This document shows positions 29,282 through 38,689 of a DNA stretch of 64,000 bases, piece after piece. The position numbers were made by a program, and so were the translations under genes. Position 1 is the first letter of the stretch. Each line of letters starts with the position of its first letter. The notes under the pieces are model-generated. The model worked only from the letters and a program-made list of their open reading frames with translations, made no database searches and was not told the origin of the DNA. The stretch lies in NCBI GenBank assembly GCA_000092065.1, contig CP000596.1; one strand, written 5' to 3'. The stretch comes from Ostreococcus lucimarinus (lineage: Eukaryota).

Positions 29282-31090
29282 ATGACGGTGACGGTGACGC
29301 GAGCGACGACGTCGCGCGCGACGTTCGAGCGGCGACGCGCGCGCGACGGCGCGACGACGCGCGCGCGATGGACGCGGACGACGACGACGGGGGGACGAAG
29401 GCGCGCGGCGGTGACGACGCGAGCGACGACGGGGGAGGCGCTGCGAGCGCTGCTGGACGCGGCGAGCGCGAACGGGGAAGAGGGCGCGCGAAGCGTGGCG
29501 GAAGCGCGGGCGCTGATCGATCGCGCGCGGGCGGAACGAGCGCGGAGAGAGGTGACGGCGCCGACGAGCGCGCGATTGGCGGCGCTGGAGGGCGAGGCGA
29601 GGGAGTTACGAGCCGAGGTGCGACGATTGAAGGATGAGAATCGAGAGGCGATCGATGCGCTGCTCGAGGAAGCGGCGGAGTTGGCGGAACAAACGGCGCG
29701 GACGGAAGAAGTGGAGGGCGAACTCGAGGAGGCGCGACGAATGAACGCGCGACTGGTGAGCGCGGCGAAGGAGCTCGCGGAGCTCGTGGACGACGGCGCG
29801 ACGGAGGCTCTCGAGGCCGATCTCGCGGTGAAAGATGCGGAGATTGAGGTCTTAAAGGCGAGCATGCGTGAGCTTGAGCATAAACTCGAGGATCGCGACG
29901 CCTTGTTGGCGACGATTCGCGGGTTGGAAATCGAACTCGCCGACAGCGTCACGAACGCCGAGTTGATGGAACTTGCCGCGGGCAAGCTCAACTCGCCCGA
30001 TTTGATCATCGCCCTGGAGGCCGAAAACAAAGAAATGCGTGCACGCATAGCCGCTCTCCTCGCAGACGGCGGAGAGCTTCCGGCGGTGACGAAGAAGTAC
30101 GAGGCGGCGGCGCTCGAAGTCGTCACCCTCAAGTCGCGCATTCGCCTGCTCGAGGTTCAGATGGCTGACATGGTCGATCAAGAAGAGTTGAGCGAAATTC
30201 TCGAGCAAGAACGAAGCAAAGACTCGGAACTCGCAGAAGTCACTGCACAAAAAGATAGTTTATTGAAGCGCATTCGCGAATTGGAGGTGGCGATGTCCGA
30301 CATGGAGGAGGCCGACGTGTACCTCAAGGCGAAGAAGGAAGCGGAGTCGGCCAAGTTGCGCAACATGGACTTGTCTACGCTCATCGAATCGCTCACCGCC
30401 AAGCTCGCGGAGCAAGTGGATGCGACGCAAAAAGCAAAGATAGTGACAGACGAGGCATTGGCCAACGTTCGCGCCCTCGAAGGCGACATGGCGTACATGG
30501 ATTACGCTCCCGGTATCGCGAGCGCGATGAAGGCTGCGAAGCAAATGGAGAGCGCTGCAGAACGCGCGGTCGAGCTCGCTGCTGGGCTCCAGCAGTTGGA
30601 AGTTGGCATGACGAAGAAGAGCAGCAGTCGCAAGACGCCGTTCAAACGCGGTGGTGAGAGCTTTTCCCTTCGTAAAAAGGTCTTCAACGCGAGCGACGAG
30701 CAAGCGCCCGTCGACGGCGGTTTCAAACGCGCTCCTGCAGAAGCGTTCACCCTCCGCAAGCTCGACTTCACCAAGATCAAGGCCGAGTCATCCGTGAATA
30801 AAAGTCCATTCAAGCGCGCTCCGGAGAGTTCGTTCAAGCTGCGCAAGATGACGTTCCCATTCTCCGCTCGCACGGCCGCCGTGCCGAAGAGCGTGTTCCA
30901 GCGTACCGGCAACTTTGAGTTACGTCGGTTCATCTTCACCTCCGATCCCGTGGACGTCGTCGCATCGGCGTCTTTCGAACGAAACGGTGAGTTTACTTTG
31001 AGAAAATTAAAGTTCCCTCCGCCCAATCGCGGCGCGGACGGCGTGAAAACCTGGGACCGAGGCGAGAAGGGAACCGTCTTCAAATTTTAA
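29282..31090 (+). CDS. Coiled-coil protein with 5 C-terminal F-K-R-x-P-E-x-F-x-L-R-K-x-x-F repeats
   Basis: A long heptad-like central region (EVRRLKDENREAIDALLEEAAELAEQ...). The C-terminus has TPFKRGGESFSLRKKVF, GFKRAPAEAFTLRKLDF, SPFKRAPESSFKLRKMTF, VFQRTGNFELRRFIF, SFERNGEFTLRKLKF. The start is taken as the first ATG (29282); the ORF opens at 29162. Confidence 0.55.
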   Translation: MTVTVTRATTSRATFERRRARDGATTRARWTRTTTTGGRRRAAVTTRATTGEALRALLDAASANGEEGARSVAEARALIDRARAERARREVTAPTSARLAALEGEARELRAEVRRLKDENREAIDALLEEAAELAEQTARTEEVEGELEEARRMNARLVSAAKELAELVDDGATEALEADLAVKDAEIEVLKASMRELEHKLEDRDALLATIRGLEIELADSVTNAELMELAAGKLNSPDLIIALEAENKEMRARIAALLADGGELPAVTKKYEAAALEVVTLKSRIRLLEVQMADMVDQEELSEILEQERSKDSELAEVTAQKDSLLKRIRELEVAMSDMEEADVYLKAKKEAESAKLRNMDLSTLIESLTAKLAEQVDATQKAKIVTDEALANVRALEGDMAYMDYAPGIASAMKAAKQMESAAERAVELAAGLQQLEVGMTKKSSSRKTPFKRGGESFSLRKKVFNASDEQAPVDGGFKRAPAEAFTLRKLDFTKIKAESSVNKSPFKRAPESSFKLRKMTFPFSARTAAVPKSVFQRTGNFELRRFIFTSDPVDVVASASFERNGEFTLRKLKFPPPNRGADGVKTWDRGEKGTVFKF

Positions 31091-31405
31091 ATCTTTCAAA
31101 ACGCCCGACTCCCGAGCGCGCGCGTTGAAATTCCGCTGTAACGACTAGTCATTGGTTCACTCCACGAGCTTGCACGCAGCGTTTCTCGAATCATCCAATC
31201 ATCCACCCTCTCTCGATCGAGCGCGACGCGCGCGCGCGTGCACTCCGGACATTTTTCTGGACCCTAGGCGCCGCGCGCGCGCGCGACGTCTTTGCCTTGT
31301 TGTCGCCCATTTCCCACGCATCGCCTCCGCGTCCCCCCGCGACGATGTCAGACCGGCGCGCGCGTCTCGCTCGAGCGCCGCGCTCGAGCGCGTCGTTCGC
31401 TCGTC

Positions 31406-32035
31406 ATGGAGCGCGCGTTCGAGCGAATCAAGCCCGGCGAGGACCCGCCGCCGCCGCCGCCCGAGCTCTTGCAGTGGGCGCGCGAGACGACGTACGGATT
31501 GTGCGGTGGGATCGTCTACGGCGCGGCGTCGGCGCACTACGCCGAACGACGACGCGTCGTGGACGCGATGGAGAGCGCGACGAAGCGTAAACATCGAATC
31601 TGGACGCGAACGATCTCCGACGTCACCCTGCACGGGATGCGACTGGGAAGCTTTGTGTCCGTCTTCAGCGCGGCGCGCTTGGGATTGGAAAAGCGACGCG
31701 ACGCGAGGGACATGTGGAACGTCGTCGGGGCGGGAATGTTGACGAGCGCGCTCACGGGGATGGCCATACCGGGCGGTGTCGCGGTGCGAGCGCGAGGAGC
31801 GGCACTGGGCGTGGTCGTCGGCGGCGCTGCGACGCTGCCGTTCGGGTACGCGATGCAAGAGTTGGAAAAGCTCGTGCCGGAACTCGTCGCGCCGGCGGCT
31901 GCGGCGGCTATGAGTGAGGGCGAATCTAGGAAATTAGACGTAACTGAGATGTTCATAGAGCAAGTAGAAGCAGAATTAGAAGAGTACAGGCGAGAGGAGC
32001 GCAAGCGAAGACGAGGTTGGTTTTGGAAAAGTTGA
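31406..32035 (+). CDS. Tim17/Tim22/Tim23/OEP16-family small membrane protein
   Basis: G-x3-G rich helices (YGLCGGIVYGAASAHY, MWNVVGAGMLTSALTGMAIPGGVAVRARGAALGVVVGG) are typical of preprotein-translocase family members. Which subfamily is undetermined. Confidence 0.5.
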   Translation: MERAFERIKPGEDPPPPPPELLQWARETTYGLCGGIVYGAASAHYAERRRVVDAMESATKRKHRIWTRTISDVTLHGMRLGSFVSVFSAARLGLEKRRDARDMWNVVGAGMLTSALTGMAIPGGVAVRARGAALGVVVGGAATLPFGYAMQELEKLVPELVAPAAAAAMSEGESRKLDVTEMFIEQVEAELEEYRREERKRRRGWFWKS

Positions 32036-32097
32036 GAACCAAATGAACAACGGATTAGCGAACGAGCTCTTACCACATAGGTATCTAGGATTTTTTA

Positions 32098-33084
32098 TCA
32101 TTTAATCATCATGCCCGGCGACCATGGGAAATACCCATTATATAATCGCTGAGAACAAGTGTCGATGTGCAACCAGAACGCGCTGAGTATCTTCACCTGC
32201 GAACTGTATGGTGCGCCTTCGTTGAACGGATCGCGATCGAGACGCTTCGCCGCGAGTGCGCCTCGACATCCGAACGGATCCCGCGCGAACGCCTCGCGAA
32301 CTTTCACCTCGCCGGCCTCCATTTCCTTTTCATTCAACGCCTTGGTACCGATATACGTGAAATTGCTTTCCGGATACCCGATCGCCCGGAGATGGAGCTT
32401 CTGGAAACGGTCGCGCTTGCTTTCAAAACCCACGACGGTGATTTTTGACGGGAACTTTCGAGTGAGCTCAAAGAAGCGACACACGCTGAAAAGCAGATTC
32501 TCAAAGCTATCCCGTGCGTGTTCCTCCGTAAAGCTTCTAAGCTCCACCCCGGCGTCGACCCCAAACCAATCAAACGCCCTCGACACCTGCCAATACGAGC
32601 TCGCCTCGCTAATTGCGCCCGCCTCGCGTCTCGTCTTACCACCGCTAAATACGAGCATAGCGCGCGGATTCTTCGCCAACTCGCGCACACCGCGCTCCAT
32701 GTGCTCCATGAACGCCTTCGCCTCACCTTCTAGCAATTGATGAGGCTCTAACGCCCAGTTACTCTCGTCTTTTGCCTCCAAAAAATTATTACCGTAGTAC
32801 ACCGCGTGCCCCGGCACGACGACGAGTTCATCCACCCCGTCCACCTGCGCCGGCGTCTTTCGCTCCACCACGCTCCTTCGCATCACCGGCATCACTCCCA
32901 TCGCGCTCGGCACGCGATTCTCTTTCCCATCGAACACCGTCCGTCCGACGAATATCAACGCCAGCAACCCCAACCATCCCACGCGTTCGCCCCGACTTAT
33001 CGCCCGCCGCGCGCGCGCCAGCGCTCGCGTCGTCGCGCTCGCTCGATATTTCCCATTGTCGTGATCGTCCTTTCTTCGATACAT
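32098..33084 (-). CDS. DUF218 (YdcF/ElyC-like) domain protein with N-terminal signal anchor
   Basis: DUF218-like core: LVVVPGHAVY...RAMLVFSGGKTR...YWQVSR. The start is taken at MYRRKDD (about 33084) before a hydrophobic anchor; the ORF runs to 33873 through R-rich text. Confidence 0.55.
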   Translation of the reverse strand: MYRRKDDHDNGKYRASATTRALARARRAISRGERVGWLGLLALIFVGRTVFDGKENRVPSAMGVMPVMRRSVVERKTPAQVDGVDELVVVPGHAVYYGNNFLEAKDESNWALEPHQLLEGEAKAFMEHMERGVRELAKNPRAMLVFSGGKTRREAGAISEASSYWQVSRAFDWFGVDAGVELRSFTEEHARDSFENLLFSVCRFFELTRKFPSKITVVGFESKRDRFQKLHLRAIGYPESNFTYIGTKALNEKEMEAGEVKVREAFARDPFGCRGALAAKRLDRDPFNEGAPYSSQVKILSAFWLHIDTCSQRLYNGYFPWSPGMMIK

Positions 33085-34055
33085 CGGCAGCGTCTCGACG
33101 TCTTCCACCGTTCCGAATCTGTACGCGCTGAACGCCCGCGCGCGCGCCGCGTGCGTCGCGTTCGCGCGCATCGCGATTCGCGTCCGATGGGCTATCTCCG
33201 GCGCCCGCGCGCGCGCGTCCTCGCGTCCCGACCGTCGTTCGCGCGCGCGCGCCTCGCGATCGATCCTCGCGCGCGTCTCGCGCGTCCTCTCGCGCCGCCG
33301 CCCGTCGTCGTCGGCGCCGTCGACGAACGGACGCGTCGACGTCTCGCGACGCGCGACGCGCGCGACACCCGAACGACGCGCGCGGCGCCCGAACGACGCG
33401 CGTGCGAGTACGGGCTTTTTTACGTTACGTCTACGCATACAATCGCGATCGAGCGCTATGTCGTGATCGCGTCGTGTTGTGAAATAAACCACCGAGCCGT
33501 TGCCGCGGGCGCCGCGCGCTACGGCGCGTCCGCGTCCGCGCGCTGGCGGCGACGCGCGCCGCCCGGCGCGAGGTCCGCGATCTCGGCCTCGTAATCCCAC
33601 GCCTCGGGCTCGACCTCGGGCGGGTACAGGACGTGCTTGAGCTTCAACAGCGGCGGGACGCTGAACAGGAGCACGGAGAAGGCGAACATGAAGACGTACA
33701 CCTGGTTGTCGGGGTCGCCGTTGAGGTACGCGCCGAGGAGCGCGCGACCGCGGCGGACGACGGCGTCGGGCGACGGGGACGACGACGACGGCGCGGCGTC
33801 GACGGCGTCGACGGCGAGCGCGCGCGCGAGCGGTCGCATGGCGCCGCGCGTCGACGAGTGCGAGGGCGTCCACCGCCGAACGATCGGCGTCGATGGACGC
33901 CGATCGACGCGACGTCGATCGACGCGCGACGCCGATCGACGACGCGCGGGGCGGGCGGCGGGCGGTCGTCGTTTGACGCTTTGACTTCCTCGCGACGCGC
34001 GCGAGGGCGCACAGGACGACGACGAGGGCGCACAGGACGCGCGCGCGCGGCGGTG

Positions 34056-37000
34056 ATGACGACGTCGACGACGACGTTCACGCCGCCCGCGCCGTCGACG
34101 CCGACGACGCTGTGCGATTCGCAAAACGTCGCGTGCGTGAACACGGATGTCGCGGATGCGGAAGTTTTGAGCGCGTTCGCCGCGTACGTGTGCGCCGCGC
34201 TCGCGGTGTTGACCGCGTTCGGGATCGCGAGGAAATACGTGCCGATTTATACCGGTCGAGAACACCTGCGGTCGCTGAAGACGAGCGGGTGCGCACCGCC
34301 GCGATTCGACGCGAGCGCGAATCGCGGCGGCGCGCGAGAGGCGTGCTCGACCACGTACGGATGGATCGCGCACGTGTTGACGGTGGCAGATTCTGACATC
34401 GTGCACACGGCAGGATTGGATGCATTAGTATTCTTAAGAATTGCGCAGTTCGGGACGCAGTTGTTCGCGCCTTTAGCGTTGGTTGGAGTGCTGGCGCTCG
34501 CGCCGACACACCTGTCGAGATCGTATTACGAGACGACGACGACGAGCGAGTCGTCTGCGGCGCGCGAGAGCCACGTGTTGATGCGAATGACGATCGCAAA
34601 CGTGGAACCGACCAGTTCGTTGATGTGGATGCACGTAGTGATGTTTTGGGCGTTCACGGCGTATGCGCTGTGGTTGCTGACGGCCCACTATCGCTCTTAC
34701 GAGTTTTTACGTCAAGTGTACGGAACGACGACGGGCGAGTCGAATCCTTGGCGCGCGGTGCACATCCCGCAAACCGTGCTACAGAAGTTTTTACAGCAAG
34801 GAATAAACACAAACAGAGAGTTCATGACGGAGACTATTGAGGAAGAGGAAAGAGAGGGCGGACAGACTCCTGCGGCGAGAACCATGCCGACGACGATGCT
34901 TCTCGAAGCGTTGCTTGGGCCGAAACGCTCGAACGGTCAGATGTCGACCGAGCAGAAGCTCAGACGTTTTCCTAGGGCATCGTTCATTGAAAGCACTCGT
35001 GGACCATCGATGGCGACGCCATCAAGAGGCTATCACTCCCACTTCGGTCCCCTTCGAGTGACGGAGACGCCGCGTGAAGAATCGTCTCGATCGGTGTCGG
35101 AGATTTCCATGGCGTCCATGAGTGACTTTGACGAAATGTCCAAAGAACATCACTTAGATAAATTGACGAGCGATAGCGAGGATGTCGCGATAAGACACAA
35201 TTGGTGGGAAGGGTTAGACATCGCTGAAGAGGTATGGAGCGACCAATTGAGGAGTGGGAGCGACGGATTTGGATCGACCGATGCGCTCTCTGCTCCGCGG
35301 CAAATCAAAGTTGATATCGAGGGGCGATTTCCTTGCAACGACGCATCAACGTGCGATATTAACCCAGTACCATCGATAGATGATAGACGGTACGTCTCAG
35401 CCGTCGCGGACGAAGTCAGCGAAGACGGCAGCGAAAAGGAAGTGGTGGTCAGCGTGTTGGTGCAAAACTATTGCGTCTTGATGACAGACGTCGGTGGTAA
35501 TCTTCCCGAGGGGGCCGCGGATCCGTGGGAAGGTGTGCGAGCGGTGGAGACATTTTTCGGAGGCCTGTTTCCAGACGACTTCCTAATGGTGATTCCTTTA
35601 CAGGACTACCGCCCTGTGGACGACTTACTCATCGAGCGCGACAAGCTCAAGAATGAAATCGAGAAACAATCGATGTTGCAATCAAAACGGCATGGACACC
35701 GTCGTATGCGTAGAGGGAGCGGTTTTCGGGATGAAATCACGGGTTTACGAGACAGAGTAGCAATTTTAGACCACTTGGTTGTTCAGGAGCGCACCAGAAT
35801 TCTTCAAACCGAGCCCGGGTCGAGTTGTATCGTTGCTTTCAAAAGCCAGTATGCGGCGGCGTGCGCGGCGCAGTGCCGTATCACATCGCGTCAGCGTGAT
35901 CTTTTTGCGATCGAACCCGCGCCGGGACCCGACAATCTCAATTGGCAATCGGTATTACTTCGAAGACGTCAGCGTGAGATCCGATCGATGGTGATTTTCC
36001 CGCTCATTCTCACCATCATACTCATTCCGACGGGAATGTTCACTGGCGTGATGTCGTCGCTATGCGTAGCAAATCAATTCGGTGCAAATCACAACGACGG
36101 CTTGAAGTGGTACTGCTCGAGCGATTCCGCGCGGTATCTACGAATTCTAGTGCAAGGTATTTTACCACCCATTCTGCTGACACTCTGGGAAACGTTTGTC
36201 GTTTCGTTCGGAATGATGTATCTCGTTCAGGCACAGAGCAAGTATTCTAGTCTGAGTAAAACAGACGAGTCGTTTGCGGAGTACTACTTTCTGTGGGCGT
36301 TTCTGAATGTGTTTTTCGGCACTGTATCTGGTTACGCCATTCAACGATATTTGAACGCGCTCAACACGAAAGGTCCGGATGCCATGCTGCAACTTCTCGG
36401 TACGTCGCTGCCGCTCACAAGTAATTTCTTCCTACTTTGGATCGTATTCAGAGGGGTATACCTCCCCACTCAGCGGTTGATTTTCCCTCATCCCGGAGTG
36501 CTATGCATGATCGTCAATCGCTGGCTGTGCTGTTTGGGATGCAACGTGACCGCTCGAGATAGAACGATCAAATACAGCCCGAGATCGGTTCGCCTTGGTC
36601 GCGAAGTCGGTGTGTTCGCCATGGTGATGATGATTGGTCTCGTCTTTTCCACAGTCGCACCTTTGATCACATTACTCTGCACCGTATTTTTCGTCTTTAA
36701 TTTTGTCATATGGCGTTATCACGTCCTATATGTGTACGAACGCTCGTACGAAGCCGGCGGGGCGATGTGGACAACGTTTTGCAACTTGACGATTTACGCG
36801 CTGGTCATCGCGCAGAGCTTTTTGTCGTTTGTCCTCTTGTCCAAGCAAGCGTACGCCGGAGCACTCATTCTCTGGATCACTGTCTTACCGGTTCTAAGCA
36901 AAGCCAGTCACAGATTTCGATCGATCGCGAGCGAGCTTCGCTGGTCCGTGCCCCTACCACAGGCGTCCATCGCGCCTCGCGCCGAGTTCAACGCCGAGAC

Positions 37001-37130
37001 TTACATGCATCCAGCGCTCAAGCGCAACTCCATGGGATGGCACCCAGAAATCGGCAAGGTCTGGCGAGGGTACCCTAACGTCACCGTGAAAGAGACTCGG
37101 ATATTCAGAAGACGTCAACGACATAGATGA
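34056..37130 (+). CDS. OSCA/CSC1/TMEM63-family hyperosmolality-gated cation channel (RSN1_TM, PHM7_cyt, RSN1_7TM)
   Basis: The N-terminal TM region is followed by the cytosolic domain with SSCIVAFKSQYAAACAAQ (the conserved AFVTF-type motif). The C-terminal 7-TM region is present (FFLWAFLNVFFGTVSGY, LFSTVAPLITLL, YHVLYVYERSYE). The ORF track begins at 33633 in GC-rich text; the first plausible ATG is at about 34056. Confidence 0.8.
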   Translation: MTTSTTTFTPPAPSTPTTLCDSQNVACVNTDVADAEVLSAFAAYVCAALAVLTAFGIARKYVPIYTGREHLRSLKTSGCAPPRFDASANRGGAREACSTTYGWIAHVLTVADSDIVHTAGLDALVFLRIAQFGTQLFAPLALVGVLALAPTHLSRSYYETTTTSESSAARESHVLMRMTIANVEPTSSLMWMHVVMFWAFTAYALWLLTAHYRSYEFLRQVYGTTTGESNPWRAVHIPQTVLQKFLQQGINTNREFMTETIEEEEREGGQTPAARTMPTTMLLEALLGPKRSNGQMSTEQKLRRFPRASFIESTRGPSMATPSRGYHSHFGPLRVTETPREESSRSVSEISMASMSDFDEMSKEHHLDKLTSDSEDVAIRHNWWEGLDIAEEVWSDQLRSGSDGFGSTDALSAPRQIKVDIEGRFPCNDASTCDINPVPSIDDRRYVSAVADEVSEDGSEKEVVVSVLVQNYCVLMTDVGGNLPEGAADPWEGVRAVETFFGGLFPDDFLMVIPLQDYRPVDDLLIERDKLKNEIEKQSMLQSKRHGHRRMRRGSGFRDEITGLRDRVAILDHLVVQERTRILQTEPGSSCIVAFKSQYAAACAAQCRITSRQRDLFAIEPAPGPDNLNWQSVLLRRRQREIRSMVIFPLILTIILIPTGMFTGVMSSLCVANQFGANHNDGLKWYCSSDSARYLRILVQGILPPILLTLWETFVVSFGMMYLVQAQSKYSSLSKTDESFAEYYFLWAFLNVFFGTVSGYAIQRYLNALNTKGPDAMLQLLGTSLPLTSNFFLLWIVFRGVYLPTQRLIFPHPGVLCMIVNRWLCCLGCNVTARDRTIKYSPRSVRLGREVGVFAMVMMIGLVFSTVAPLITLLCTVFFVFNFVIWRYHVLYVYERSYEAGGAMWTTFCNLTIYALVIAQSFLSFVLLSKQAYAGALILWITVLPVLSKASHRFRSIASELRWSVPLPQASIAPRAEFNAETYMHPALKRNSMGWHPEIGKVWRGYPNVTVKETRIFRRRQRHR

Positions 37131-37252
37131 ATCATGTAAAGACGCGTGCGCCTCGCCTTTTCGCTCGCCGCCTCGCCGCCGCACAACGCGACGGCCGATC
37201 GATCTCATCTCGCATCGACGAATGTCAGCGATAACGTTTAAAAACTGAGACA

Positions 37253-38353
37253 ATGGCGACGACCGCTGTACCTGCGCGCACGCAGTGCCTCACGCGCGCG
37301 CACAGTCGTCGTAATCGCGCGGTTTCGTCGTCGTTCGCTTCGACGTGCATTCCGCTCTCTCGCGCGTTTCGGACGGCTGTGCGCGTCGATCGCGTCGCCC
37401 GCGAGCGCGATGCCGCGTCCAGAGATGGCGCGCGGACGATTGGCTTGTGTGCTCGGTCGCTGAAGCGCATCGTGCGCGCTAGGGCGAGCGAAGGTGTCAT
37501 CGAGCGCGGAGGGCCGAGCGAACCGACGGCCACGACGCAGCCGTGGTTTGATCGATTCCTCAAACTTCCGAGCGATGGAAGCGAGATATGGGAAGCGAAG
37601 TGGGGAATGAAGGTGATTATTCAAGTTATGGTGCTGTGGTTTTGCGCGTTTTGCGTGATAGGAAACGCGGTGTTCCCGTACGCCGCGGGCGTTCTCGGGT
37701 TCGACACGTCGAGCTTCACGCAGCGAGGATTGGCGACGTACAGTTTGTGCTTAGATTTCACGCAAATGCTCATGACTTGGTTCGTTTTGCGTCAATCCTT
37801 ACGTCCATTTCGGCCGTTCGGGGTGAATTGGTTCCCAGTGCGCTGGTTTGAGGACAGAAAGTACCTGAGAGACGTCGCCGTGGCGTGCGTGGCGTTTCCA
37901 TTCGTCGTGTGGTTGCACGGATTGAGCACGACTTTATTGGAGCACATCGGCTTGATTGCTTTCGACGAAACCGTCACCGCGGCGTGGGAACAAAGCATGA
38001 AGTCGAATGATATCATATCGAAAGCGTTCTACATGCTCTTGGCCTCATTCGCCGCCCCCGTGTGGGAAGAGCTCATCTTTCGAGGCTTCTTCTTCGCCTC
38101 CCTCACCGCCTTCACCGGCGCCGCGCGCGCCATGCTCATCTCCTCCACCCTCTTCGCCTGCGCTCACTTCTCCCTCGAGCAGTTCCTTCCCCTCACCTTC
38201 CTCGGCTGTCTCATGTGCGTCGTCTTCGTTCGCACGCGCAACCTCCTCGCCCCCGTGCTCGTGCACAGCGCGTGGAACGCCTGGGTCCTCGCCGGCGACT
38301 TTCTCCCGCCCCTCGACGTCGTCCTTCGCGCCGTGTTCGCCGCCGCGCCGTAG
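37253..38353 (+). CDS. CPBP-family (CAAX-protease/Abi) intramembrane metalloprotease, probably organelle-targeted
   Basis: Conserved EELIFRG...FACAHF...HSAWN motifs. A transit-peptide-like N-terminus and several TM helices are present. Confidence 0.7.
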   Translation: MATTAVPARTQCLTRAHSRRNRAVSSSFASTCIPLSRAFRTAVRVDRVARERDAASRDGARTIGLCARSLKRIVRARASEGVIERGGPSEPTATTQPWFDRFLKLPSDGSEIWEAKWGMKVIIQVMVLWFCAFCVIGNAVFPYAAGVLGFDTSSFTQRGLATYSLCLDFTQMLMTWFVLRQSLRPFRPFGVNWFPVRWFEDRKYLRDVAVACVAFPFVVWLHGLSTTLLEHIGLIAFDETVTAAWEQSMKSNDIISKAFYMLLASFAAPVWEELIFRGFFFASLTAFTGAARAMLISSTLFACAHFSLEQFLPLTFLGCLMCVVFVRTRNLLAPVLVHSAWNAWVLAGDFLPPLDVVLRAVFAAAP

Positions 38354-38689
38354 CGCGCGTCATCGCTGTCATCGCCGTCATCGTTTGTCACGGAATCCTC
38401 ATCCTCATCGCCGTTCGTCCTCGCGTTCGGCGCTCGCGTCGTCGTCTCGTCGTCTCGTGTCTCGCGTTCGGCTCGTCCGCGCTCGCTCGGGCGCCCGCGC
38501 GTTTGGTGGGCATGGCGAATGGCGATCGCGTCACATCGCGCCGCTCGTGACGCGCGAACGAGCGCCTCAGAGCACGCGCGTTTTCGCGCACGAACGAGAG
38601 CGCGCGCGCGCCTCGCGTCGAACGCCGTCGCGAATCGCACCGCGCGCGCGTCGTCGCCGACGTCGCCGACGTCGGTCGACGCCGCCGAC

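Noticed and set aside
29128-30141. 337-aa minus-strand ORF antisense to the coiled-coil gene
   Set aside because: Ser/Ala-rich antisense frame of a GAG/GCG-rich coiled-coil coding region.
33100-34055. About 1 kb of 80% GC sequence with R-rich ORFs on several frames (33519..34406, 33637..33984, 33644..34144, 32806..33594)
   Set aside because: No frame has protein-like composition. I treated it as GC-rich intergenic or UTR between the DUF218 and OSCA genes. The true 5' ends of both genes remain uncertain.
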